From Haplodiscus bocki (Eukaryota), in the NCBI GenBank assembly GCA_965655095.1, contig OZ296657.1, forward strand, positions 28,396,001 through 28,460,000: a stretch of DNA of 64,000 nucleotides, read 5' to 3'. The translations under genes and the position numbers were made by a program. The notes beneath the pieces are model-generated. The model was given only the letters and a program-made list of their open reading frames with translations, made no database searches and had not been told where the DNA came from. Shown piece after piece: positions 39,615-52,477 of the stretch (the first letter of the stretch is position 1; the number at the start of each line of letters is the position of its first letter).

Positions 39615-39768
39615 GATTGGATTTATGTGTGAAATAAACACTAATTGATTGTGTACAGTTTGATGTTAATTCGAAGATTGATTCTTTTCTGAATTCATTT
39701 TGCGCATAGTTTTGAAGCCTGTTTTTAAACGCTGGAGATTAAGTGTTAATTGATTAGTCAAGAAGATC

Positions 39769-40900
39769 CGGTTTATCATTTCAGCCCACATTAATTTCAC
39801 CCAAAATCAATTCAACCAACATTTAACTAACATCCTTTTGCTGAAAGCTTCAAAGATGTGTCTGCTAAAAGCGTCTTGTGGTAATTATCAATAATTAGCA
39901 AGTAAAATACCAATGAAATAATGAAATACCACCGAAACAATCACATCACTTCAAAATACAGTCATTTTTTCGCAGCAAAAAATCGGAATTTTTCAAAACC
40001 AGTAGAAAAAAGTTCCAGTGTTTACGATAGATTATAATGTCACAGCCATATACTATTTTTCCAATTTCTCTTTCAATACCGCCAAAATGAACCAAAAAAT
40101 TCTAATCATCATGAACAACATTTTTACATTTCTTGGGTTTTCTAAAATACTAGGATATAGAGTCTCCAAATTTTGTTAGTGATAATAGCTCTTGAATATG
40201 CCGAACAAATTTCCATAAAATCAAATTCTGAACAATTTCCCAGAAAAGTTAAGAAAAATGCAGGGGTTGACAGAGAAGAATTCAACGACACTCCCATCTT
40301 TGCTTAAACCGAAAAATTTCCCAAAAAGCAAATACCCAAAATTTTTGTTATTTGCATAACATTTTTGGTATTTTACTTGGTATTTCCTCATAATCAGGTT
40401 AAGATACTTTTGATAGAACTAAGAGCTTTTGTTTTGTGCGAATTATACTTAGGGTGAAATGAACGGGTGAAATAAAGGTGGGGTGAAATGAACATGGGCT
40501 GAAATAAAGGTGAGATGAAATGGACGTGGGCTGAAATAACGGTGGGGTGAAATGAACGTGGGCTGAAACAAAGGTAGGGTGAAATGGAATCGGACTGAAA
40601 AAAAAAGTGGGGTGAAGTGAAGTTGGGCTGAAATAACGGTGGGGTGAAATGAACGTGGGCTGAAACAAAGGTAGGGTGAAATGAAATCGGACTGAAAAAA
40701 AGTGGGGTGAAATGAAGTTGGGCTGAAATAACGGTGGGGTGAAATGAACGTGGGCTGAAACAAAGGTAGGGTGAAATGAAATCGGACTGAAAAAAAGTGG
40801 GGTGAAATGAAGTTGGGCTGAAATAAAGGTGGCGTGAAATGAAGTTCGGCTGAAATAAAGGTGGGGTGAAATGATTTTAAGGGTGAAATGAACGCTGACC
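39769..40900. mobile_element. Foldback/MULE-like non-autonomous element with asymmetric subterminal repeats
   Basis: The left end ggtttatcatttcagcccac..atttcaccc is the inverse of the right-end repeat motif (gggtgaaatga/gggctgaaat..acc). Flanks aagaagatc / aggaaaatc may be a degenerate 9-bp TSD (7/9). Confidence 0.55.
40451..40895. repeat. Minisatellite, ~32-bp unit (two ~16-bp halves) with ~94-bp trimeric higher-order repeat
   Basis: GGGTGAAATGAACGTGGGCTGAAATAA(A/C)GGTG variants, with a three-unit block repeated about three times. This explains the spurious FHFTP/FISP ORFs. Confidence 0.95.
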
Positions 40901-41970
40901 AGGAAAATCGAGCTCAGTTTCAAGCACCATTTTTGCTATCAAGATGTTTTTGTGACCATATTTCTTATAAATTCCCTTGATTTTCTCAATCTTGGTGCAT
41001 TTGAGGTCCTTAATGGTTTTTGCGCAGATTTAGTTTGAAAACGGCTCTATTTAAACAACAATATCCTTAGTTTCCAGTCAGCATGTTGTCCAAATTCTAC
41101 TCTGGAAAACACGTCTTAGTTTTTCCATGAAAATTCTTGGTACTCGATTTTCATGTTGTTAGTTGTTTGAACCTTCTCATTTGTTTCGAAAATAGAATTG
41201 ATTGTTCGAAGTGCGTGAATCGTATGTTGTTTAAATACGACTGGAAAATGCCACATTAAAATCAGTGGAAGTATATGTTCACTAATTTGTTAATTTTTCC
41301 CTGTAATCTCAAGGATTGTTATTTGAGCACATATTTGAAATTTCGCGGTTTATCGCAATTGTCTGTCAATTGTTTAAACCAAGGATTCTCATTTACATGA
41401 ACCTGAGAAATCGAATTATCCGGCTGCTCTGTCTTCAGCCATTTTTAGTACCAATTACTTTTTCTTTGAAAAATGTTCCTTTCAAATGTGCAAAAGTAGC
41501 TGACCTGGACTGAATATGGTTCTTTTCACTCTACCTGTATCTCTACCTGTTCATTAATTTCAAACTGAAGGTACCCCTGTGTACAAAACATTTTTTGTCA
41601 AATTTGTATGCACTGTTTGCACAATTCGGCATTTCTGTCTGATGGTATGCTACCTGTAATCGGTATTCTCATCGAACCGCTTATGGTATATTTGTCTACA
41701 TAATATGAACGTTGTGAACATTCTGGCATTTTCGTCTTAGTTAAATTTAGACTGACAAGCTGCAACTGCGTAATGCGACGTCATGTTTATTAATAGAATC
41801 CGAGAAATTCTCCTCAGTTATAAATCGTCCGAGAATTCATTTCATTTTTGGTGGTGCTAGCGCTAACAAGCGCTTTCTTTCATTTTTCTCTGTCTCTAAA
41901 GACCTCACTCTCTCATTCTCTTAACTTATTACTAAGTTTCCACTCAATTTCGCACTGCCAAGCTTATACA

Positions 41971-42789
41971 ATGTCTTCCAACATTTGGAACCAGTACTTA
42001 ATTCAAGAAGAGAATTTCCGTTCTTCTTATTTGGTAGATTCCGTCTCTGATGAAACTGATTTCCTCGAAGAAGATTTGGAGTTGATCCTTGATTCAAACC
42101 TCCAGAAAATCTTCCGGGCTGAAATGTCAGCTCTTGTGCGAAGCTCCAGAACTGTTCCGAAGCCCAGGAAGTTTGTGAAATCCAAACAATGTTTGGTACA
42201 TTCCGACAATATTAGCAGGTACTCCAAAAGTAGCGGAGTGCCGAAAAAGTTACATGTCAAATTTTGCACTTTGGATGCAGCGCAGCGGCTAAAAACCCAA
42301 CTAGACTTTCACAAAAATACACGTGAATATGTGCCACCGCCTGTTTATGGATTTGGTAATGGAAACAATAATACATCGTTCGCGTCAATAGTGGGCCAAC
42401 CGGTATACAAAAAGAGCAAGAAGTTTGCTCTTGTTAAAGCTAAAAATGATCTAGAAAAACTTTTGCTTGAGCTGCAAACTCGTGACATCACACCTGAGGA
42501 TTACGATTTGTTGCTGGAGCTGGATAGCAAAGTGAAAGCAAAAACAGTCGAGGCCAAAAAGGTTGCAGCTATTCCCGACAGAAAGATTTCCGTCAGTTCT
42601 GATAGCGGAAGTAGTGACCGTGATGATGGGAAACCCAGACCTACGTGTGTCATCTGCTTGGAAGAGATGGTAAATTGCATGTCAAAGACGTTGCCATGTG
42701 GGCATGCTTTCCATTCCAAGTGCATTTCGAGGTGGCTGACCGAAAACTCTCGCTTTTGTCCAGTCGATCAGCAACCATTCGATTGTTAA
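41971..42789 (+). CDS. Intronless 272-aa RING-H2 E3 ligase-like protein (ZSWIM2 C-terminal-like module)
   Basis: The first ATG of the long ORF is at 41971. LQTRDITPEDYDLLLELD is followed by the RING CVIC..LPCGHAFHSKCISRWL..CPVD, with Asp as the last ligand. Confidence 0.88.
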   Translation: MSSNIWNQYLIQEENFRSSYLVDSVSDETDFLEEDLELILDSNLQKIFRAEMSALVRSSRTVPKPRKFVKSKQCLVHSDNISRYSKSSGVPKKLHVKFCTLDAAQRLKTQLDFHKNTREYVPPPVYGFGNGNNNTSFASIVGQPVYKKSKKFALVKAKNDLEKLLLELQTRDITPEDYDLLLELDSKVKAKTVEAKKVAAIPDRKISVSSDSGSSDRDDGKPRPTCVICLEEMVNCMSKTLPCGHAFHSKCISRWLTENSRFCPVDQQPFDC

Positions 42790-43492
42790 ATAAGAATAAT
42801 TGAAAAACTTAAAATTGATATAGATTTGTTTTTCTTTTACATCGAAGTAAATACAGAAACTTTGCAATGATGAAGTACATAATATAATATTCGATAAGCT
42901 TTGAAATAATCAATTGAAATGAAGAAATTTATGCTTTCGTTTTCAGCTGTTATTGTGCAAAGGTTACTGCGTTGACCAACGATCCAACTGAATGGATTTT
43001 TGCGTTTCATTTTAGTTCTCGAAAAATAGCTCCAAAATTTGTATGATATAATAGTTTTGAGTCTATTGTAGAGTATCCTCAAAATGTACTAATTCGATTT
43101 TGTTCATCTGGGTCTTGATCCTAAAGCTAGTATTTTTTCACAAGTTCTCGTGTTTTTATTCCTGAGAAAATGAAAGACTAATTAGAGTGGATGAGAAGCT
43201 AAGTTCTGAAATATCAGTCAAACCAGGGCTGAGTGGTGCAAAAACAATGGCACATTCAAAACATTCAAATCACTTCAGTTCGAGGGCTAAAAATGTTTTT
43301 CAATTGCGATCTATGAACATGTCGAGAAGAAACGTTCGACTTCAGCAGAGTTGAATTATTGAAAACCAAGAGTAAGAGCGAATTCTATCAAAGCATGCAT
43401 GATCTCCAAATTCGCTTTCGTGAAATTACTGACTTGTAGGAAGTCTAGCCAATTTTTCTTCCAGTTCCGTTCCGGATACTATATTCACAAAC

Positions 43493-43852
43493 TCAAAATC
43501 CATAGCTTTTTCTTTGTAAACAATGCAATAAAAGCTTATGAGTAATGTAATTTTGCCGATTTGGAAGCGTTAAAAGGTTGCTAGTATTGTTTTGTTTTTG
43601 GGTTTTTTCATTTTGCTTTTTGACAACTTTTTCTTGAACGGCAGTCTTCAAATATTGATCGCAAGAAGAATGTCGAGAATACTCTGCGGTTTTTTCACAA
43701 ATGCGACAGAACAAAGTACTTTCCTCCTCGTATAATTGGCAGATTTTCTAATTTGGTGGGCGCGGTCTTCTGCAGACATATTAGAAGCATGATCGATGCT
43801 TATTCGACCTTTTTTTCTGAGCAGCAGCTGTTGACTTCTTACGCTCACTCAT
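43493..43852 (-). pseudogene. Frameshifted CGGBP1-like (hAT-derived) BED-finger N-terminus
   Basis: Joining frames gives MSERKK..SNKH/ASNMSAEDRAHQ/QLYEEESTLFCRICEKTAEYSRHSSCDQYLKT, like CGGBP1 DRVTEF..LHEDGGKLFCTSC...RKSAISDHLKS. There are two frameshifts and the His ligands are lost. Confidence 0.6.
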
Positions 43853-45608
43853 TTTTCCCTGAAACAAAGGTAAATTTTCTTTTGAAATCACTGAAATGTA
43901 GTGAATTTTGTTCACCCAAGAACAATGCTAAATGAACTATACCTTAAGACTGTTTGCCTGGCAACGTCGGTATTTCTTCAATATTTGCGTTCGGTCTGTA
44001 TCTGCAAGCCCTTAATTGGCTTTCGAATTTCGTGAAAGAAATAAGTGTTCATATGCGGAAATACGCACCGCGATTTCGTTACAAGCCTGAGTGCAGTGTC
44101 TGAATGGTTGGGCGCTTGCAAACAGTGTTATTGATTGAGGGCTTCGAGCGATGCCATATTGGTCTCCTTTTGGCTGATAATTATTTTTTTCGCATGAAAC
44201 GTGACATCTCAGATTTTTTTGAGACTCCTATATCTCCGAGCGTTTTTGTGGTACCCGAATATTTTTTGTTTTCATAGAAAGTTGCGCAAAATATTATGGG
44301 AACTTTTCGGCCAAGCATTTCCGCCAACATGAGTTTTTCATACGAAACATTTTGGATTATTGCATTTCTCCGCTTGGCGGTTAATCGATATTTTTGAAAC
44401 GCCTTTCTCCGAACCCATTCATTTTTAGCAGAACGTTGCGCAAAAGTTTTTCCGACAGCCGAAACTGGTAAAATTAGTTTTTTCTCGGAGACTATTTCCT
44501 TTTTCTCTTAATGATAAATTTGTGCGTTTTCACAGAAGTATGGATATGAAGTAGTTTTGTTCGAATGGAGATTGTTTCATCTTTTTTGACTGTTAGCAAT
44601 TATTGTTCAATTGGTGTAGGATCCAGCGTTTTTCAGCGGAGTGTTTGAAACCTGAGTTTTTGGGCGCGTTTACTCGACGCCCCGAGCGCAACACTTGTTG
44701 GGCCTATGTTAATTTTTAGACTATACTTAAGTATGGAGCAAAATGTTCAATTCAGTGGTCTGAATTTACTTTTTTTAAAACTTACCGCGGCATTCCTGCC
44801 TGATCTACAATATGGGATACATTTTCGACTGAGTGGATAACTGTAGAATCACCGAATGTCACCGAAATCTAAGCGCGAGTCCCAGTAGAGTTCAATGTTT
44901 TTTCGAATGCTAATGGTATATTGAACTCCTTTTTGATTTTATTTTGCTTTTCGAAGTATAAAAACTGACAATTTTTCAATTAAACTCCAAATTTTCGCCG
45001 TATTTTTTAGTATCGTTTTTTTTCCGAATTAAATACTCCTTTGGAATTTGCTTTATCTCATTTATTTTTTATTAAGCAAAGTCTGGTCATAATTTCTCGA
45101 GCTTTTTTCCAACTTTTAAAAAAATTTTGAGCAGCTGTTGTGACAAAAGGCCGCAATGCTACTCTGTGCCTCTTGTATAACGTAAACATTCCGATTCTAT
45201 TGCTTGCAATAAACGTATTTGAGCCATCGAACTTATTGTTGCGTAAGATCGGTCAAAAAGGCTGTAAACAGTAGTAAACATGATGCTGGCTTCAAAAGTT
45301 TGGGTTGTCAATTATTTCTTTTCGACATCGAAATACCTGCCGAGGTGTCGGAGACTGTTCCTTTGCTGCCGGTTCGTTTTCACATGGGCAAGGATATTTT
45401 TGTAGCAATTTGATCTTTTTAGTACACAAAAATTTACACTGACTTAGTGAAGTGACTTTTTACATATATATTACCCTTTAGTTAGTTTGAGTTCAACCTT
45501 TTGAGGGCAACAATTGCTTTGAACCCTTCACATACCTTTTATTAGGCTAACAATGAGTTTTACTGGTAACATGTTGCTCATTGAAATACGAAGTGCTGGC
45601 ACAGTTAA

Positions 45609-46145
<537 letters not shown>

Positions 46146-46685
46146 TGAAATTTTCAGGAATTAACAACGAACAACTGTTTAAACATCAATTTAACTAACT
46201 CTGTGTGTTTCTCCATACAGCCAAAACAGTTCCACATCTTGTCAGTGTACCGGACTCCGGAGTCTGATGATCGAAGACAGGGCGTGCTTTTATAACACAG
46301 TTTGGCTGACTAACTAAATTTCTTGTATCTACTGAAAATAAATTTACCAATTCAAAAAAGTTTCTTTTAGTGTGAAGGTTTTCATTAGGCAGAAGCAGTT
46401 TGTCGAAAATAAAAGAGATTCGTAGGAGATAACGCATATAACGACGAGACAAAAGTTTTCGTGCAAAAATTGTTGCTTTTAAGATAAAGGTTTTCATTTG
46501 ATCAGAAATAGAAAAAAATCAAGGAAAGACCCTTTTTTAATGTATCTCTCTTTTGTAACCTTAGTGCTTAAATTGTAATCATTTCTGATTTCCTTCTCTA
46601 ATCAGTTGTGCCATGTCTCGCGTCATTCTAATAGATCTTTGGAATTTGTCAGAAAACGTGGTTTAGATTCACATGTATTTAGTTA

Positions 46686-46793
46686 GGGCATAGCGATCTA
46701 ATTTTACTTTTATAGAGGTAAAGTTTTTAGTAATTTCTTGGGTATAGCGATCTAATTTTACTTTTATAGAGGTAAAGTTTTTAGTAATTTCTT
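46686..46793. repeat. 54-bp tandem duplication
   Basis: ggg(c/t)atagcgatctaattttacttttatagaggtaaagtttttagtaatttctt occurs twice in tandem. Confidence 0.95.
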
Positions 46794-48171
46794 TTATATG
46801 TAAGAAAGTTCTGTGTACGAATTCTCCCTACAAAATTGTCCTGAGCTTTTTGTGGTATCTAATGAGTGTTTAGATTTCGTTGAGAAACTACAAAACGGAT
46901 CAAAAAGGACTAAAATTTGGGTGCTCGTAAGGTTTTCGAAATTTTGCTCCATTTCAAAACGGAAGAGGTTAATGTCAAAAATTGGGCTCCAAACTTACTC
47001 AGTTTTTTACTCATTGAAGTTGCTTACCTATGGAATCTCGCTTTTTTTAGACAACGGTGTTAGTATTGGAGCAAAGTTAATTAGAACTATTTCATACGGT
47101 TCAGAGTTCTGAAATTGCTAATTTTAACCGCTAGGCGCTAATTTGGCAATGGCTATTTTTGGGACACAATGTTCACTGAATTCAGTAGACTTCAATGGTT
47201 AGATTTTTCATGTTTTGGTCACGTTATACTTTGTACGAAACTTCAATATTACACATGCCCGGAGACGCCAAAACTGCATAAAACACTCCTTTGGATAGTT
47301 TTAACAATTTATGTCAATACTAATTGGAGTCATAACAATTCATCTCAAAATCGGAGGAAACAGTCCTAATCATTACATATTGTCCGAGCAACCTTTGAAA
47401 GATGATACCGCTCATAGAATGCATCGGCTTCGCTAATTAGTGGTGTCAGAACCCTGATATGTTTGAAGCCTCAACATCAAAATTTTCATGTGTAGATCAA
47501 CAACTAGTGTGTGGGTGTGATTTTAAATGATAGTATTCAAGTAATTCAAACCGGAAATAGCTCTAAATAAATACTTCGCATGGATATTGCAGGGCTGATG
47601 ATAAGTATAACTACCCGTATATGATCGTTTTTGTATTGAGAGAGGATAGAATTCATATAGACCCATTTTATAAAGCCCTATATCTCTTTTGTATTCGTTT
47701 ATATATACACTTGCGCAAGCACGTGTCATATCGATGCTTTTTTTCTGATCCGTTCACAACTCGCATTGGTGCCTAGATTCTAATGTTGCCTTGATTTTGT
47801 TCGTGCGCTCTCGTTCAGTAGCAAAAAATTGTTCACGTGCCTATTTTCCAGCAGTTGTACTTGGCACACTTGTATAAGTTGATAAGAATTAATTGAGTTA
47901 ATTAAATTTCTGTTTGATTCTTTAATCATTAGTTTTCGTAGTACCGTAGCTTCCTTAAAAATCAGTTGCACTTGTTCGTTTTGTTCACTAGTATTCGGTT
48001 GGCGCAAGTGTTGCAAAGCTTAGCTTCGCCTCTGTGTGAAAACTTTTCGCCAAAAGTTTGACCAAGGTTGTTATCGAAAAAAAAACTTTTTATAGATTGA
48101 GAATGCGAGGAGTTAGTAAGAATAAAACAACAAGGCGTAATTTACCCAATTCATTCAACAAGTTTTTAGCC

Positions 48172-48399
48172 ATGGGCGATCACGAAGAGTCATTGGAATG
48201 CGAATGGGTCGGATGTGGCCAAAAGTTCGATTCCCTTGAATTACTAACAATGCATTTGCGGGAAGTTCATCTCTTTGCGAGTCAACACTGCCAACAACCT
48301 CTTCGTTGTTTCTGGCATAACTGCGAAAACTTTGATGGTGTAGACGAACAGCACCTAACTGTTCATGTCATGTTTCATGCATATCATACCAAGTTAAAA
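48172..48399 (+). CDS. HINFP: Histone H4 transcription factor (C2H2 zinc finger), coding exon 1 of 3
   Basis: LECEWVGC..H...H, CFWHNC and HVMFHAYHTKLK match the HINFP N-terminus. Donor GTGAGT at 48400 (phase 0). Confidence 0.92.
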
Positions 48400-49577
48400 G
48401 TGAGTCTATTTTACAATGTTGGGTTTTTTTGTGGTTGAGGGTTTGGCATAATCAAAGGATTCACGTGCCGAGGCTGGAAAGTCAAAAAATTGAGCGAGTA
48501 TAATGAGTTTTAATTTTCGTGTAGCCGTAAGTCGAACGAGAATCGAACGTTATTTTTTCGTAGCTTTTTCTAACCTGGTAAACGGCGCTACCATGATATA
48601 TATTTTTTTGTATCTCAATGTCTCTTATTGATAGCTTTTGCAACTTTGTTACGCATACTGAAGTGAAATGTCTGAATGTGTCTAATTAGAACGTGCAACG
48701 AATGTTTTTTTCTCGTTCGATACTTGCATTCTCTGACGTCATCAGAGAGTCTGGTCTAAATGGTCAAAAAGAACCTTTTTTGAGACATTTTGGCAGGTAC
48801 TTGTTGTTTTTGCGTTATAAAATGTGGAAGTCTCTTAAAAATTCAGAATTGACATGTCATGTTTTGTGAGACAGTGTGACAGGCACTTCAAGTTTTTTGT
48901 TACTGAGTGACCCAAAATAGCTAATATTAGTAAACAAAGCGATAAAATTTCTATCGAGGCCACACATCGCCTTTCAATCATCAGAATTGACAACACCAGA
49001 TCTCATGAAAATGTGAAAGTGACGTCACAATTTTAGTTTCAGATAATCAAAATTATACCGAAATGAGACAATTTTAAAAAAAATTCAAAACAAGTTCCAT
49101 CAGAAATATGAATGATTGACGGGCGAGGCAAAAACTTTACCAAGCATTTGACATATTGTTTACTAAAATCAGCTCTTTTTAAGAGCACAAGTGCAAAACT
49201 TGTATCGTTGTGTTTCATTGGCCACCTATGATAGTTTTTTACAAAAAGCTTGATAAGCGGTTGTTGTAGTAATTCTAAAACTGTCAATTACGTCCGCCAT
49301 CGTGGTCTCAAATAACTTTCAGGATCTCTGTTTTTTTTCCGAAAATACATTTCAAGATTTGACTCCGGATCATTTGGTTTTTATGGTCAGCATGTGCTGC
49401 GAAGCCTCCGCGTGGCCTCTGTAATCGATTGCACCTGTCTTCAAAGTCATCTTTATTTTACTGATTTTTTCTGTGAATATAAGCTACTTGGAGTATATAT
49501 TTGTGAAAACAATTAAGGTGATATGAAAAAATTGTATGAAGAAATGGAATAATCATAACGTGAGTAGTATGTTTCAG

Positions 49578-49826
49578 GTTTCAGGACAAGCAATGCTGGC
49601 GGACACTGACTTGAAGTGTTTGTTAGTTGCGAACCCTTGTTCGATACCAGAACAGCCAGTAGGGGGCTATGTGTGTGAATACGATTACGGAAAGTGTCTG
49701 GAGACGTTCGACAGCTTCCACAGCTTTCTCACCCACCTCAGTTGCCATATCTACGCCTTCTCAGACACCTGCGACGACAACATCGTCTGCCGCTGGGCCA
49801 ATTGTTCCAGACTCACTCCTTTCGAC
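49578..49826 (+). CDS. HINFP: HINFP coding exon 2 of 3
   Basis: Acceptor tttcAG at 49576-77; VSGQAML..KC..IPEQP..YVCEYDYGKCLETFD..HLSCH..VCRWANC..PFD; donor GTGGGT at 49827 (phase 0). Confidence 0.9.
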
Positions 49827-50899
49827 GTGGGTTTCTTTTTTATCTACTATGCCCTGTGTGACTCCTGACTATGACGTGAATCTGTAAAAAATGATATTTG
49901 GATAATCCGGAAAATCCTGTTGTGTGTTGGAAAAAGCGTGTTGACAACAGCGAAAGCTAATTTTAGTATCGAAATGATTAAGTATTCAAAAGTATATAAA
50001 TGTTGGGCATTTAGCGAAAGCATTTTTCGCAAATCAGAATTTGATCGACCGGCTGGATGATGATAGTGAACTTCCACTGTGGGGTAATTTTAATACATTC
50101 TAATTATTCTAAGCTAGCGCAAACGAACATCTCGATTACATTTGTTCTCTTCTAATTGAAAATAATAAGTTGTATTCTCTAAAGTGGATAATTGATTGAA
50201 GTGACCTCTGATATTTGTCATATTCGCATGATTTTTTTTCTGAGTTTTCAAAAATATCAATTCATTTGAGTGACATTGGCTCAATTCCATATTTTTGGCC
50301 AGTTTTTTATAGAGCTCAATGCCTAGCATCCCTGATGTCTATGTTGAAACTGGCAATGCCGGCTTCTTACGATTCACTTTTTTGTCTGGACGTAGACAAC
50401 TCGCATTAACTAACATGTGCGCGTATTGGTTTCTGCTTTCGAACTTTTTGGCCTACTTTTTTTCCAAGAAATGTTCCCTTCAGCTTGTAGAATTTCATGA
50501 ATAAATCTAAATTTCTACAATTTAGGTTTCTTGCGTTTTCTGCCCAAAATGCCTCAAAAACACGTTTTTTGATATATCTACCTATTTGACGAGTTTTTTG
50601 ATATTAGGACACGACTCTACTATATTCATCTACTATTTTTCTGCGGTCTGACAAATTTTAGATGGGTTTTTTGCCAAAAAATTGACATCCGAGCTATTTT
50701 GGGCTACTTTGACTATATTTGTCTAATTAGAAATCTAATCAAAAGTTTGAATATATTGATTTCCGAGATGCAAAGTTTTCGGCGTAAAAGTAGCACATAC
50801 AAATTTTTGTAAATATTTAGGAGTTTACATACATAAAAATATAAATTTCAAGGAACATATAGCATACAGAACGAAAAAGTTGAATAAATTTTTTGGACT

Positions 50900-51440
50900 A
50901 ATATACAAGATCCGACATATGTACCCGCGGAAATGTCTTCAAATGTTTTACAATTCTTCTGCAAAATAAGTGATTACATATGGATTACTTGCATACGGAG
51001 CTATAGCGAAGACCAATTTGGAACCAATCGAACGAGCGCTGCGGCGGATAATCCGTGCACTCTTTTAAAAAAACCATCTGAATCATTACAACTAATACAG
51101 TATACGAACTATATATCAGGAAAGTGATGTCGGAGTTGTTCAAACGAATTCGGGGCGACTCTCTCCTCAACATTTTAGAGTGTTTTTTTATTCCGAAAGA
51201 TGTGAGTACACGAAGGAAGGAAGTAGGCCTGCTTCCCGCAATGTATACTCGCACTAAGCTTAGACAGAAATATTTGAAGGTATCAATTTTGAAAATTTAC
51301 AATTGGTTAAAAGGGACCAGTCTCCTACCTCAAGAAGTAAAAAATCTAAGTGATAGGGCTTCATCAAAACACTTACATATGATGAGCCACACTTATATCC
51401 TCAATAACAAGAAGTTATTCAACCTATTTCACTAATTGGA
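50900..51440 (+). mobile_element. CR1 ORF2 3' fragment in HINFP intron 2
   Basis: VYELYI..MSELFKRIRGD..STRR..GLLP..KVSILKIYNWL parallels the C-terminus of the CR1 at 24173-24520 (ELYAMELLKFSLKSVRGE..ETRS..KVLN). Confidence 0.65.
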
Positions 51441-52477
51441 AGTACAATAGCGCATGAACAGAATTCTTACATATACCTAAATAACTATGAATACTTGCTG
51501 GTTCTCTGGGCGAGGACATTAGTAGAGCGCAATAGCTCATTCTTCGTCCTTTTTCTGAGGTTTTATAATTTACTTTGTAATTTATAGCCTCAAGAAAATC
51601 GATTTGATTCAATTTAAAGTTGATTTTTTTTCATCATCGCATCTGGGCTTTCAATTCAAGCAGATTTTGCACAGGCTGAATGAGATTTTTTGTTATCATT
51701 TACTAAATTTCGTTCCACTTCGAATTTTTAGCTCGGATTTTTGCCAAACTAATTTGAATGTCGAGCAATTTTTGTGTTTTGAGATCTTTCAACTCTTGTT
51801 GGTAGCTATGTGTTCAAATGCTTCAACTTTGCATAGGCCTAACTAGAAGTTTCCAATGTATCAGATGTTTTATTTTGGTTGCAGTGAAACTTCAATGAGT
51901 TTTCCGTAAGGAACTCGAGACTTGAGTTTTTTTGCTTTTTGGAGATTTTTGAAACAAATCCAAAATAGGTCATTATTTTGCAGTAACATGAAAAGAGGAC
52001 TCGTGTCTCATGTTACAAGTTTTCTTTAGGTTTTTTGTGAAAATCGTTCTCTAGAAGACTTGTACATCCAACGTTCACTTGACTTTAAGAAGTGTTTTAC
52101 ACCTTTTTGTCATGAGTTGCAAAAAAGAACGACCTTTCCTGAAAGGTTCTTGTTCAAGACTTTGCAACGAAAGTTTTATTGTTTTCAAATATGGTTTTAA
52201 GGCTCGCCTAGGCTTGTACAAGAAATCTCCAATTGGGTGCAAAGCTCCAAACTTATCTTTCATGACAAATTTTGCAAATTCGCATCATGAGTCACTAAAG
52301 ATCTTTGTTTCAGGATTTCTGAAATTAACGTTGAATATTCAATATGATTTTGGACTTGCTAGACTTTCAATTCGATTGTTAACTATAGTTCGAACGTCGA
52401 TACTACTTTTTTTTTATTTATTTTATTTTTTGTTCAACTGCCCTTTCGTTACTACTCATGCCAGAATCCGTAGTTGA

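Noticed and set aside
40399-40923. 174-aa and 104-aa FHFTP/FISP repeat ORFs
   Set aside because: Translations of the minisatellite.
41848-41970. N-terminal extension of the RING ORF
   Set aside because: It begins at a non-ATG codon in TC-rich UTR-like sequence; the first ATG is 41971.
44075-44155. tRNA or tRNA-derived SINE head
   Set aside because: Only degenerate A/B-box-like words (tgtctgaatgg, gcttcgagc), with no cloverleaf and no second copy in the window.
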